64,000 bases of DNA from an uncultured Bacteroidota bacterium (GCA_942493315.1 OW818690.1:2759275-2823274); one strand, 5' to 3'; counted from the stretch's first letter, positions 10,492 through 20,928 are shown. The notes: generated by a model from the sequence alone, not told the origin. Program-made: numbers and translations.

Positions 10492-10497
10492 TCGTTT

Positions 10498-11436
10498 ATG
10501 AACTACTACAATCAACAATCCCCGTTTACCTTTACAAAAATTAACTGGAAACAATTCCTGAAAGGATATTTTGCCCTTACTTCAATGGTAAACAAACTGA
10601 TATTGATCAATGTCGGTGTTTATCTTATTTATCTGATTTTTAAACTTATTGTTGGACTATCAGGATTTTTATTTCAACAACCGGAATGGTCTGCTTTTGT
10701 TCCTAAAGTGGTTCAATGGCTCTCTTGTCCTGCTTCTTTAGATACACTCCTTTTACAACCCTGGTCATTGATTACATCTATTTTTCTTCATGTTGGGTTC
10801 TGGCATATTTTATTTAATATGATCATGTTATCTGTTGTGGGTGGATTATTCAGACAATTTTTAAATGAGAAAAAACTCCTCATTACCTATATTTTGGGTG
10901 GTATTTTTGGAAATATTTTATATATAGTAGCTTATAACTATTTTCCTGTATTTGAGAATAGTCTGGAGATAGGTTCTTTTGCTATGGGTGCTTCTGGTGC
11001 CATTATGGCTATTATGGCGGCTATTACTGCCTACAAACCAAACTATAAAATCAATCTGTTATTTATCGGACCGGTCAAACTTCTTTGGGTTACATTAGTT
11101 TTTATTTTTATCGATTTACTTAGTATTGAAGGTTCTAATGCCGGTGGACATCTGGCTCATTTAGGGGGTGTTATTTATGGAGCCATTTCGATTCTTTTTT
11201 ATACTAAAGTGAATTTTAATTTCTTAAAATTTAAAAAGAGAGATAAAAAGAAACCCAAATTTGCCACTTCTACTAATTATTCTTACAATGAAAGACCCAT
11301 TTCTGATGAAGAATATAATGCCAAAAAAGTTGAAAACGACAAAAAAATTGATACTATTTTAGATAAAATTTCCAAAAATGGTTATGAATCTTTAAGTAAA
11401 GAGGAGAAAGAGTTTTTATTCAAACAAAAAAGATAA
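10498..11436 (+). CDS. Rhomboid family intramembrane serine protease (second paralog, with a charged C-terminal tail)
   Basis: GASGAIMA and HLAHLGG motifs. Lys/Glu-rich C-terminal extension. Confidence 0.85.
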   Translation: MNYYNQQSPFTFTKINWKQFLKGYFALTSMVNKLILINVGVYLIYLIFKLIVGLSGFLFQQPEWSAFVPKVVQWLSCPASLDTLLLQPWSLITSIFLHVGFWHILFNMIMLSVVGGLFRQFLNEKKLLITYILGGIFGNILYIVAYNYFPVFENSLEIGSFAMGASGAIMAIMAAITAYKPNYKINLLFIGPVKLLWVTLVFIFIDLLSIEGSNAGGHLAHLGGVIYGAISILFYTKVNFNFLKFKKRDKKKPKFATSTNYSYNERPISDEEYNAKKVENDKKIDTILDKISKNGYESLSKEEKEFLFKQKR

Positions 11437-11437
11437 A

Positions 11438-12601
11438 ATGGCCAAAAGGAAAAAAAGAAAAATAAATTTTCTTAAACTTTTTAAGTATATAATCTTAATT
11501 ATCAATATTATATGCGCTATTGGTTTATTGTTTACTTTTATTGGACAATATGTTAAACCCTCTTATTCTACCGTCATTGCATTTTCAGGATTAGGGTTTC
11601 CCTATTTATTAATTGTAAATCTGTTTTTTGTTATTTTTTGGTTGTTTTTTAAAGCCAAACTTTCTATTGTTTCGTTAGTTTTAATTTTGATAAATATTAA
11701 TAACATTGATAAATTTTTTCAATTAAATGCATCACCAAAACCTGAAAATTGTGTAAATTGCATTAAAGTGATGAGTTACAATGTGAAACTTTTCGGTTTA
11801 TATAATTCAAACAATGTTCGTGAAAGAATTATTAATAAAGAGAAAGTATTAAATTTTATTGATCAGGAACAGCCCGATATTTTATGTTTACAGGAGTTTT
11901 TTTACGATAAAAGTGGACATTTGAATTTTAATACTTTGGATACCATTGTTTCAATTCTCAACCTAAAAGATGAAAATTACTACTATACCTATTTCCCTTA
12001 TAATCGAAAAAATGAGTATTTTTATGGCTATGCTACTTTTTCAAAGTACAGAATAGTGAATAGTGGAGTCGTATTACTCCCTGATAGTCACTCAATTGCA
12101 GCCACTTTTATTGATTTTAAATATAAAGGAGATACGATTAGAAACTATAATATCCATTTAGCTTCCAACTACTTTGATCCAGATGATGATCAAACCAGTA
12201 AGCAAATTTTAGCTTATGAACAATACGATTCATCATTAAATTCCAGAGCAAAAGTTGTTTACCGAAAAATGACAAAAGCGATCCATAAAAGGGAAATTCA
12301 AGCTCAAATGATTCAAAAACATATCGCTGAATCACCCTACAAAGTGATCGTTTGCGGAGATTTCAATGATCCTCCTTTTGCCTACACCTATAACCATATC
12401 AGTGATGATTTAAAAGACTCTTTCAGAGAGAGTGGCAAAGGAACCGGAAAAACATATCATGGTGATATCTACCCTAGTTTTAGAATTGATTACATCTTAC
12501 ACAACAGCACTTTTAATTCTTACGGGCATACCATTTACACTGATTTAAAAATCTCTGACCACTACCCTATTTCCTGTAACATTTCGCTTATTAAGAAATA
12601 A
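11438..12601 (+). CDS. Endonuclease/exonuclease/phosphatase (EEP) family membrane protein
   Basis: N-terminal TM segments. EEP motifs (MSYNV..., LCLQEF, CGDFND, SDHYPI). Confidence 0.8.
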   Translation: MAKRKKRKINFLKLFKYIILIINIICAIGLLFTFIGQYVKPSYSTVIAFSGLGFPYLLIVNLFFVIFWLFFKAKLSIVSLVLILININNIDKFFQLNASPKPENCVNCIKVMSYNVKLFGLYNSNNVRERIINKEKVLNFIDQEQPDILCLQEFFYDKSGHLNFNTLDTIVSILNLKDENYYYTYFPYNRKNEYFYGYATFSKYRIVNSGVVLLPDSHSIAATFIDFKYKGDTIRNYNIHLASNYFDPDDDQTSKQILAYEQYDSSLNSRAKVVYRKMTKAIHKREIQAQMIQKHIAESPYKVIVCGDFNDPPFAYTYNHISDDLKDSFRESGKGTGKTYHGDIYPSFRIDYILHNSTFNSYGHTIYTDLKISDHYPISCNISLIKK

Positions 12602-12602
12602 A

Positions 12603-12730
12603 GACTACGGACTACGGACTACGGACTACAGACTACGGACTACAGACTACGGACTACAGACTACGGACTACAGACTACAGACTACGGACTACAGACTACA
12701 GACTACGGACTACAGACTACGGACTACAGA
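12603..12730. repeat. Heptamer tandem array GACTACG/GACTACA (~18 units)
   Basis: Read directly. Starts 2 nt after the stop codon of the EEP gene. Confidence 0.95.
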
Positions 12731-12744
12731 CATTTATCTTTAAT

Positions 12745-12938
12745 CACCTGTCCCCTGTCCCCTGTCACCTGTTACCTGTTACCTGTTACCTGTTACCTGT
12801 CACCTGTTACCTGTTACCTGTTACCTGTTACCTGTCACCTGTCCCCTGTCACCTGTTACCTGTTACCTGTCCCCTGTCACCTGTCCCCTGTCACCTGTTA
12901 CCTGTTACCTGTCCCCTGTTACCTGTCACCTGTCCCCT
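12745..12938. repeat. Heptamer tandem array CCTGTCA/CCTGTTA/CCTGTCC (~27 units)
   Basis: Read directly. Ends 2 nt before the stop codon (12941-12943) of the minus-strand 1404-aa gene. Confidence 0.95.
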
Positions 12939-12940
12939 AT

Positions 12941-15900
12941 TTAGAGCCATTTAACCAAGTTAAAGTCCATATCATGTGGTAATATAGGATGACTAGGAAT
13001 TACTCGAATAGCAGTTTTCCATGATCCTGAAAATGAAGCATTCAAATCTAACAAAAAGTAAGAGATCCCCTTTTCAGTTTTGAGATACGAAATCGGATAT
13101 TTGGTAAATAATTGATTGGTATTTTCAGAAGAGTTCACAATCACCAATTCCATTTTAAGATCATCCGGTTTTAGATTTCCGAGTTTCACTTTTACTTCTA
13201 AATGAGCGCATTCCCCTACCTGAAAAACCTTTTCCCTTTCATTATCAAATTTAATGTTCACCAGCTCTAAATCATCCCAGTTGGAGAGAATTTTATCTTT
13301 CCAATAAATGAGCTGATGTAATTTTTCAAAGTTATTCTCAGACAAAATTTGAGTTCTTGCTTCCAGTTTGTGATAATATTGGGAATAGTAATCCTCCAAT
13401 TGCCTTTTCATTGTAAAATGGGGCGCAATCTGAGCAAAATTTTCTTTCATCATGGTAACCCAATCAGAAGGAATTCCTGATGATGTTCTGTTATAAAATG
13501 TTGTGGCAATTTGATCTTCAATTACTGAGTACAAAACAGCGGCATCCAACTCATCCTGGAAGAAGTTATCTTTATAGGTAATCTCCTCTTCCATGGCCCA
13601 GCCGGCTCCCGGTTTATAACCTTCTGCCCACCATCCATCTAAAACACTGAAGTTTAGTACACCATTCATAATCGCTTTTTCTCCACTGGTTCCCGATGCT
13701 TCAAGTGGTCGGGTCGGATTATTTAACCAGACATCACAACCGGAAATCAGTTTTTTGGCTAAAATCATATCATAATTTTCTAGAAATATAATTTTTCCGA
13801 TAAATTCGGGTTTTCTGGAAAATTCAATAATTTTTTTGATTAAATCCTGCCCCGCTTTATCGTGTGGATGCGCTTTTCCTGCAAAAAGAAATTGGATAGG
13901 TCTTTGAGGATTATTGACAATCGTTTTTAAACGTTCTTCATTTGTAAATAACAAATGTGCTCTTTTATAAGTGGCAAATCTACGGGCAAACCCAATAGTA
14001 AGTGTTTCATTATTAATAGATTTCAAAGTTTTAACGATCAAAGATGGGGATTCGTTCCGCTTTCTCATCTGAATCTCCAACTGTTCTTTTACATGATTTA
14101 ACATTTCAGTTCTCAATTCCTGTTTTATGGTCCAGATCGTTTCCTCTTTTCCGCTATAAATTCCATTCCATTTTTCCGGATAAGTCTGATAATCTATATA
14201 ATGAGATTGAAATTGTTCGGCATGAAACTTTTGCCATTTGGGGTGAGTCCAGGTTGGATAATGTACCCCATTGGTTACATAACCGATATGTAACTCGTTG
14301 GCAAAAAACCCGTTATATTGATTTACAAACATTTCACGAGATACTCTGCCATGAATTTTACTCACTCCATTCATTTCCTGAGATAACTTTAACGCAAGAA
14401 TACTCATAGAGAATTTTTCAAACTGGTTATCCCGATCTTTTCTACCAAATCCCATGAAAGTTTCCCAGGTGATGTTGAGATATGCAATATAATTTACAAA
14501 GTAGGTTCTCATCAGATCTTCACTGAATGCATCATGACCAGCCGGAACAGGAGTGTGCGTTGTAAAAAGTGTAGATGCCCGTACCATCTCAATAGCTGCT
14601 TGTAATGTATGATGATTCGTTTTTACCTCTTCCGATAACCTTTCAATCGCTAAAAAGGCTGCATGCCCTTCGTTCATGTGATAAATGACAGGTTTTTCAT
14701 CTAAAAGTTGCAACATTTTAACACCACCAATACCCAACAAAATCTCTTGTTTTAATCTATTTTCAATATCCCCGCCATATAAAGTGTGGGTTATTTGTCT
14801 ATCCTGCTGATTATTACATTCAAAATCAGTATCCAACAAATACAAAGGAATTCTGCCAACATCAACTTTCCAAATTCGGGCATAAAGCGTTCTTCCCGGC
14901 ATCGGAATTGAAATAAATTTCCAATCACCATTCTCCTCTTTAACAGGTGAAATGGGTAATTTTGAGAAACTTTGGGGCGGATAGAGACTGATTTGATCAC
15001 CCGAATGGCTAATCTGTTGGGTAAAATAACCATATCTGTATAGCAACCCTATACCAATCATATTCACATTTGAGTCACTCGCTTCTTTCAGATAATCACC
15101 CGCTAACATCCCTAACCCTCCTGAAAAGATTTTCAGTTCATTACTAATTCCGAACTCCATACTAAAATAGGCCACTTTTTGCTCCATTCTGGTTCTTGGA
15201 GCATTCAAATAATTTTGAAAATCCTGATATACACGATTCAATTTTTTCAAATAATCAACATTCGAGGCATAAGACTGAATTCTCTCGAATGATAACATTT
15301 GAAGCACATGGGTTGGATTTTCATGATATTGGTACCACAACTCTTTTCCGGCAATTTCAACAAACAATTCTCTGGCTTCAGGGGACCAGCTCCACCACAA
15401 ATTATGAGCAATCTCTTCTAATTTATTTAAGTCAGCTGTTAAATTTGATTTCACTGAAATATGAACCCAATTGGGCTCATTTTGAGGTAATTTTTCAGTA
15501 ATAAAGCTTATTCTCGATACTTTATGTTTAAAAAGATCAAAGCGTAAATCACTCTTTTCTAAAGCAATATGGTAAGCTTCCAAATAATGATTATACAAAT
15601 GACTCCATAGTGCTTGATTAGAAATCTCGGTAGCTTTTTGGTTGATTGCCAGCTTCTCTTCCGCTGACAAACTACAAAAATAACCGATAGAGGAAGCTAA
15701 TTGTTCAACCACTCGTTGATCATTATAATCATCTCTTTCTATGACAATAGCACTATTTTGCTTACCAAAATGGGATAATACCCAGGTTCCAAAACCGGCC
15801 AATGTTGTTGTGATAGTTGGAATACCAAAAGCAATACTTTCTAATGGAGTGTAACCCCATGGTTCATAATAGGATGGAAAAACAGAAAGATCAAAACCCA

Positions 15901-17155
15901 TGAGAAAGTCATAATAAGTCATATTAAAGACTCCATCATTTCCATCTAAATAAACGGGTACAAAAAGGATTTTTATATTGGACTTTGGATCATTATGTAA
16001 CCCGTTATTCAAAATATGATTGATCACAGGATCATGATTAGGATCAGAAAGCAGATGAGTAGCAAAGTCGTTTAAAACAGGAGTTTGAATCGGTTGCGCC
16101 ATTTTCTCCAAAAGATCGTGCCTTGCTCCCATATTTCCGGCAGGAACAGCTATAACGGCAACAATTTGTTTGGTCAGATTTTGTTTTCTGAGTTGAGCTA
16201 AAGATTCAATAAAGAGATCGATCCCCTTATTTTTAAACTCATATCTTCCGCTATTGATTACCAGAAGAGCCTCATGATCAATAGGTTGTTGTAATAGCGT
16301 TTCAGCAACTTTTATTATTTGTTTTCTTGCTTTGGCTCTTTTTTCCAGAAAAATAGCCTCTTCAGGAACTATTTTATTTTCAAAACCATTGATGGTCACA
16401 ACATCCACTGATTTTTTAAAGAACGATTCACATTCCACATTCGTAATTTCGCTTACAGTAGTAAATGAATCAGCATGTACAGCAGACAACATTTCCAATG
16501 AAAATTTGGATTGAATACCAAAATTAGTTGCTAATTCCTGTGGATTATATTCTTTAATTTTATTATAAAGTGGCAAACCGTTCCCTGCAATAGATCTTCC
16601 CAAAGCTGTTGCATGAGTAGTAAAAACTGTAGCAATTTGAGGCACATTTTCCTTTAAATGTAGAATACCGGTACCGGTCATCCATTCATGAAAATGGGCT
16701 ACAATATGGTCATTAGAATGGCAATAATAGTTATAAAAACTTTCAATCACTCTACCGGCAGTATATCCAAAAAGGGCAGGCTCAACATAATCCCACTGAC
16801 CTGAAATAGAATCTAACTTATACGAAAGCCAGAATTGAGTAAAAATTTCATCTTTTTTGGCAAAGAATGGGGTAAAATCAACTAAAAACACGATTGGAGA
16901 GCCTTTGATCTGCCATCTTCCGATTCTTACTTTTAATCCTTCCGTTTCCGCAATATCTTTCCATTTTTTGTATAAGGTAAAATCTTCCACAAATTCTACA
17001 TTCTGTTCCTTAGGTAAATCAGGTCCTATACAAATATATTTTTCAGGAAAATGTTCGGTTGCAGTAACCGCTTTCGTAGATAAAACGGTATAAATTCCGC
17101 CCACTTTATTACACACTTCCCAACTGGTTTCGAATACATAATCAGCTCTCTTCAT
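12941..17155 (-). CDS. Fusion protein: GT3-type glycogen synthase (N-terminal) plus alpha-glucan phosphorylase GT35 (C-terminal)
   Basis: The N-terminus YVFETSWEVCNKVGGIYTVLSTKA is the GT3 glycogen synthase signature. After about residue 570 come NLWWSWSPEARELF (DUF3417-type start of alpha-glucan phosphorylases) and EASGTSGEKAIMNGVLNFSVLDGWW (PLP-lysine region). Single uninterrupted 1404-codon ORF. Confidence 0.85.
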   Translation of the reverse strand: MKRADYVFETSWEVCNKVGGIYTVLSTKAVTATEHFPEKYICIGPDLPKEQNVEFVEDFTLYKKWKDIAETEGLKVRIGRWQIKGSPIVFLVDFTPFFAKKDEIFTQFWLSYKLDSISGQWDYVEPALFGYTAGRVIESFYNYYCHSNDHIVAHFHEWMTGTGILHLKENVPQIATVFTTHATALGRSIAGNGLPLYNKIKEYNPQELATNFGIQSKFSLEMLSAVHADSFTTVSEITNVECESFFKKSVDVVTINGFENKIVPEEAIFLEKRAKARKQIIKVAETLLQQPIDHEALLVINSGRYEFKNKGIDLFIESLAQLRKQNLTKQIVAVIAVPAGNMGARHDLLEKMAQPIQTPVLNDFATHLLSDPNHDPVINHILNNGLHNDPKSNIKILFVPVYLDGNDGVFNMTYYDFLMGFDLSVFPSYYEPWGYTPLESIAFGIPTITTTLAGFGTWVLSHFGKQNSAIVIERDDYNDQRVVEQLASSIGYFCSLSAEEKLAINQKATEISNQALWSHLYNHYLEAYHIALEKSDLRFDLFKHKVSRISFITEKLPQNEPNWVHISVKSNLTADLNKLEEIAHNLWWSWSPEARELFVEIAGKELWYQYHENPTHVLQMLSFERIQSYASNVDYLKKLNRVYQDFQNYLNAPRTRMEQKVAYFSMEFGISNELKIFSGGLGMLAGDYLKEASDSNVNMIGIGLLYRYGYFTQQISHSGDQISLYPPQSFSKLPISPVKEENGDWKFISIPMPGRTLYARIWKVDVGRIPLYLLDTDFECNNQQDRQITHTLYGGDIENRLKQEILLGIGGVKMLQLLDEKPVIYHMNEGHAAFLAIERLSEEVKTNHHTLQAAIEMVRASTLFTTHTPVPAGHDAFSEDLMRTYFVNYIAYLNITWETFMGFGRKDRDNQFEKFSMSILALKLSQEMNGVSKIHGRVSREMFVNQYNGFFANELHIGYVTNGVHYPTWTHPKWQKFHAEQFQSHYIDYQTYPEKWNGIYSGKEETIWTIKQELRTEMLNHVKEQLEIQMRKRNESPSLIVKTLKSINNETLTIGFARRFATYKRAHLLFTNEERLKTIVNNPQRPIQFLFAGKAHPHDKAGQDLIKKIIEFSRKPEFIGKIIFLENYDMILAKKLISGCDVWLNNPTRPLEASGTSGEKAIMNGVLNFSVLDGWWAEGYKPGAGWAMEEEITYKDNFFQDELDAAVLYSVIEDQIATTFYNRTSSGIPSDWVTMMKENFAQIAPHFTMKRQLEDYYSQYYHKLEARTQILSENNFEKLHQLIYWKDKILSNWDDLELVNIKFDNEREKVFQVGECAHLEVKVKLGNLKPDDLKMELVIVNSSENTNQLFTKYPISYLKTEKGISYFLLDLNASFSGSWKTAIRVIPSHPILPHDMDFNLVKWL

Positions 17156-17198
17156 TGAACAACAATTTTTTAGTAAAAAGATTGCAAAGATACGAAAT

Positions 17199-17288
17199 AA
17201 TGTGCTAATGTGCTAATGTGCTAATGTGCTAATGTGTTAATGTGCTAATGTGCTAATGTGCTAATGTGACAATGTGATAATGTAATAA
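17199..17288. repeat. Octamer tandem array AATGTGCT (~11 units)
   Basis: Read directly. Lies 44-133 nt upstream of the start of the glycogen fusion gene (minus strand). Shares the ATTAGCA core with the array upstream of gyrA. Confidence 0.9.
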
Positions 17289-17375
17289 TTTGCTAATTTT
17301 CTCAATGTGCTCTTTAGCTTGCTAATGTAAAAATTAATAAGAGGATACATTATATTGTATTTCTTTATGTAAATT

Positions 17376-18005
17376 TTAAAAATTAACACCAACTTTAAAA
17401 ATTCCTTGTGCTCCATATCCAATCTCCATATTCAAAATCTTTGATTTCGCAAAATTTAATCCAAGGAGGCATATTTGTATGTCTGGAAAAATGTAATTTG
17501 TACCTTCAGTAAATGAAAAACGATCACTTATACTCAATTCATTAGTATAGTTTATCCCAATTCCAATTGAGGAATAAACGGAAAAATTACTTTTATTTAT
17601 ATATGTAAACTTGTTTGAAATGAAAAGAGAATATACATGAATGTTGACCCCGTATTCAGTTGATAAAAGATCTTCTATTTTTTTCAAAGAGTAAACACCA
17701 CATACACCTAAACTATATTTAGAGTTAAAATTATAGAAATACCTAATATTAAAGGAGAATGGAATTGAATAGGAATCATTTTCTGGTTTATTAACAAAAC
17801 CAAAAAAGAAACCTGAAAAATAAAAATCTTCAAAAACTAAATTATATGGATTTAGTGGAATTGGAAAGACTCCCACTGAAACATTAAACTCATGTTTCTT
17901 CATTTTTAGTAGTTGTGATGATTGGTTTTCCTGTGCGAAAGCAGAAATTATCGTACAAAATAGCAAGACAATCAAAATTATTTTTTTTAAATGATACGAT
18001 TTCAT
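17376..18005 (-). CDS. Outer-membrane beta-barrel protein (small porin-like), function unknown
   Basis: Signal peptide MKSYHLKKIILIVLLFCTIISAFAQ at internal ATG 18005. Alternating aromatic/hydrophobic beta-strand pattern and C-terminal ...GVNF. The longer track ORF (to 18131) lacks a signal peptide at its start. Confidence 0.55.
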   Translation of the reverse strand: MKSYHLKKIILIVLLFCTIISAFAQENQSSQLLKMKKHEFNVSVGVFPIPLNPYNLVFEDFYFSGFFFGFVNKPENDSYSIPFSFNIRYFYNFNSKYSLGVCGVYSLKKIEDLLSTEYGVNIHVYSLFISNKFTYINKSNFSVYSSIGIGINYTNELSISDRFSFTEGTNYIFPDIQICLLGLNFAKSKILNMEIGYGAQGIFKVGVNF

Positions 18006-18301
18006 AATGCTTCGGTTTAAATTAAAATAATTTGATTCAATTTTATGAATCAAAAATAAGAAAAAAAATAATAGCTTATTAAAATAGTCATAATTTTTAA
18101 CATTTTCAACACTTTTTCCAAACGAACGCATGATTTTATGTCAAAAATGTTGAGATTTTTTTAATTTTTTTCACGCTGAGAACGCTTTATTCGCAGAGGT
18201 TTTTCTTGGTGATCTCTGTGATTTAAGACCTTAGTGTTCTTTGCGGTAAAATATAAAAGTTTAAAAAAAAATATTTATAAAAAAATAGAATTAATCGCTA
18301 A

Positions 18302-19441
18302 CTATTTCAAAAATAGCATTTTATAAATTAAGGAGAATGATTTTCCAATCTTCTCCTTGGAGAAATTATCAACAGCATAAGATCTGATATCCGAACTTGA
18401 ATATTGTGAATGGGAATCTAACATCTCTAAAATGGCGTATTTTAAACTATTTTCATTCTGTTTGGTTACCAAAATACCCCTTTCCTTATTCACAATTTCC
18501 GGGATTCCACCAACAGTGGTTCCAACAATCGGTTTGCCACACGAAAATGCTTCCAGAATAACACATGGTTGGTTTTCAAAATTGGAAAAAAGGACTAAAA
18601 AATCACTTTTTTTCAGGTGATGCGCCACTTGTGATTCACTCATACTTCCTAGAAAATGGATAAATTGATCCAATTGATGTTGCTTCACATACTCGATGAT
18701 CTCCGGCTTTTCAAATTCACTAATCACATCCAGTACAAAGTCTTGTCGCTCCTCTTTGATCTCTTCAATAACCCTGACAATGCCCATAAAATTTTTAGCT
18801 TCTTCATCCAAAGTTGAAATATGAATCAAGTGTTTTTTTGTTTTATGATGGTTCTCCGGTACAAAAAGATCGGTGTTGCATACATTGGAGATCACAAAAC
18901 CATGTTTGACCGGATAGATCTCTTTAATGGCATTCATGAGATGGTTGGAAACAGTTGTTAACCCATCAATCTGGCCATAAATGTTACTTATTTTATTTTT
19001 TAATCGTTTTGAAAGTTTTGACCAATTTTCGGGATGATAAACACTCCAATGTTCTGATAAAAGTAGTGGAATATTCCATTTTTTCTTGAATGAACAAGCA
19101 AATCCTCCCATGGGCAAAGCTACATGCAAATGGATCAATGCCGGTATTCCATAATTTTTTTCAATATAATGTGCCCCTTTTTGGTAATAAAAGTGGGTTA
19201 AAAATTTTGATTTATATTTATTTACTATCCCCTTTTTGTAATGAATGTAATAGGTGATCAATCGGTTATTAGGTGAAAGAAGTTCATCTTTCATGGGTTT
19301 GTTTTTTACTTCTGTTTTCTCAATTCTAAGGGTAATAGACGGGAAAAAAGAAGCTATCGAATCAATATGTTTTTCAATAAAATTGCCGGTATAGGGTTTA
19401 TTCATTTCCGGAAACCAGGAAGGAATATGGAGGATATACAT
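18302..19441 (-). CDS. Glycosyltransferase family 4 (GT-B, GT1 domain)
   Basis: C-terminal EAFSCGKPIVGTTVGGIPEIV motif typical of GT4 enzymes. Confidence 0.8.
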   Translation of the reverse strand: MYILHIPSWFPEMNKPYTGNFIEKHIDSIASFFPSITLRIEKTEVKNKPMKDELLSPNNRLITYYIHYKKGIVNKYKSKFLTHFYYQKGAHYIEKNYGIPALIHLHVALPMGGFACSFKKKWNIPLLLSEHWSVYHPENWSKLSKRLKNKISNIYGQIDGLTTVSNHLMNAIKEIYPVKHGFVISNVCNTDLFVPENHHKTKKHLIHISTLDEEAKNFMGIVRVIEEIKEERQDFVLDVISEFEKPEIIEYVKQHQLDQFIHFLGSMSESQVAHHLKKSDFLVLFSNFENQPCVILEAFSCGKPIVGTTVGGIPEIVNKERGILVTKQNENSLKYAILEMLDSHSQYSSSDIRSYAVDNFSKEKIGKSFSLIYKMLFLK

Positions 19442-19444
19442 AGA

Positions 19445-20794
19445 TCAATATTTAATTTTTTTTGAAAAAAGTTTCACCATTTCCGTTTTAAAAAGGGATA
19501 TTTCAACATCCGTAATGACAAAATCTGAAAAATGGAGTTTCTGTTCTTTATGAAAAAAGAGTAAACTAATTATCAAACTGATGAAATAGGAACCACTGGT
19601 TATAAAACCAGCAATCAGAATCCCATTCAGATAACCGCTTTTGGCTGCTAATGGAATTAAAAAATACCCCCCAACAGCAGTTAAAAGGAGTCCGATTAAT
19701 GAGGACAACCCATTTTTCCAATAGTGTCCTTTTGCTGCAAAATGGTGAGAAATGATGGTTAAGCATGATAAAAAGAAGATTCCGGGAGACAAAGCGTAGA
19801 TGATCGCTTTGGTATCTATGAAGTCAGAGCCAAAAATTAAGGTATAAAAAGAGGATGGGAGTAACAATAACAAGATGAGAACGATGAGTGTAAAAAGGGC
19901 CGAAATTTTAGCAAACATTAAGGTTAGTTTTCGGGCATATTCAGGATCTTTATTGTTGGACAACCGGGCATATTGTACTAAACACAAGCTTTTCGGAAAA
20001 ACCCATACAGCTTCAGAAATTTTAGTACCTAAATCATAAATCCCAAGTGGTTTTCTCCCAATAAACCATTCAATCAGAAAATAACTTAATCTGTAATTTA
20101 ACAATTGTGCTAAATTGGCAATCTGAACCCAAAAACCAAGCGTAACCATCTCTTTTAACTGGCTCCAAATCCCTTTTTGTTCAATGGTTATCGAACTATT
20201 CTGAAAATGGAAATCTCCTTTTTGGTAAAATTTCCAGATCACCATACCTGAGACTATAAAAGTTAGTAAATAGGACAAAAGATACGCATAAAAGTAAGAG
20301 TCAATGTTGGGTTTCTGATGATCTATTTTTTCAAAAAGTATCAAGGAAATTAAAATCAAAATTATGGCAACAGATTGAAAAATCTGAAAAAAGTTAAAGG
20401 TTTTAATTTTTTCAATCGCTTGAAAAAGAGTTAATTGTATTGAATTTAAAGAGAAAACAATGGAAATTATCAATAATAGAAAAACATAATTTTTAGGAAC
20501 CATCGCTAATGATTTCAATACAAATAGACCTCCAATATTTCCAATAAATGCCCAAAGTACAGTTAAAATGATCAGATGGGAAAAAGTTCTGCGTGGAATT
20601 AAATAAACTAGTGTAGTTCCTCCAATAAAGGAAGTGATCAGTTGTAAAATGGTAACATTCAGGATCATTAATCCAATCGTTCCAACCCCTTCTGCTCCAA
20701 AACTATTGGCATTAATCACTACAATGATCAACATAATCAACATAGTAAACACTCTGGAGAAAAAAGTAGATAAAATATTTCCAAACATAATCAA
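19445..20794 (-). CDS. Polysaccharide flippase (Wzx / MOP superfamily)
   Basis: 449 aa with about 12 predicted TM segments. Immediately upstream of the GT4 gene in the same operon orientation. Confidence 0.65.
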   Translation of the reverse strand: MIMFGNILSTFFSRVFTMLIMLIIVVINANSFGAEGVGTIGLMILNVTILQLITSFIGGTTLVYLIPRRTFSHLIILTVLWAFIGNIGGLFVLKSLAMVPKNYVFLLLIISIVFSLNSIQLTLFQAIEKIKTFNFFQIFQSVAIILILISLILFEKIDHQKPNIDSYFYAYLLSYLLTFIVSGMVIWKFYQKGDFHFQNSSITIEQKGIWSQLKEMVTLGFWVQIANLAQLLNYRLSYFLIEWFIGRKPLGIYDLGTKISEAVWVFPKSLCLVQYARLSNNKDPEYARKLTLMFAKISALFTLIVLILLLLLPSSFYTLIFGSDFIDTKAIIYALSPGIFFLSCLTIISHHFAAKGHYWKNGLSSLIGLLLTAVGGYFLIPLAAKSGYLNGILIAGFITSGSYFISLIISLLFFHKEQKLHFSDFVITDVEISLFKTEMVKLFSKKIKY

Positions 20795-20928
20795 ACCATT
20801 TAGAGTGGCAAAAATAACGAAAATAAATTTGTGTTATTATGTTAAAATGGAGACTAAATTCTAAGATGTTAGAAAAAACATATCGAAAAAATGAGTACTT
20901 TTGCCCCTTTTTATTTTTAGAAAACAAA

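Noticed and set aside
18140-18270. Moderately GC-richer intergenic stretch (cacgctgagaacgctttattcgcagagg...ttctttgcggtaaa) considered as a small RNA or tRNA
   Set aside because: No cloverleaf or conserved tRNA boxes are present. It is a single copy in the window and I could not find a convincing hairpin. It may be a genome-specific dispersed repeat, but that cannot be shown from this window.
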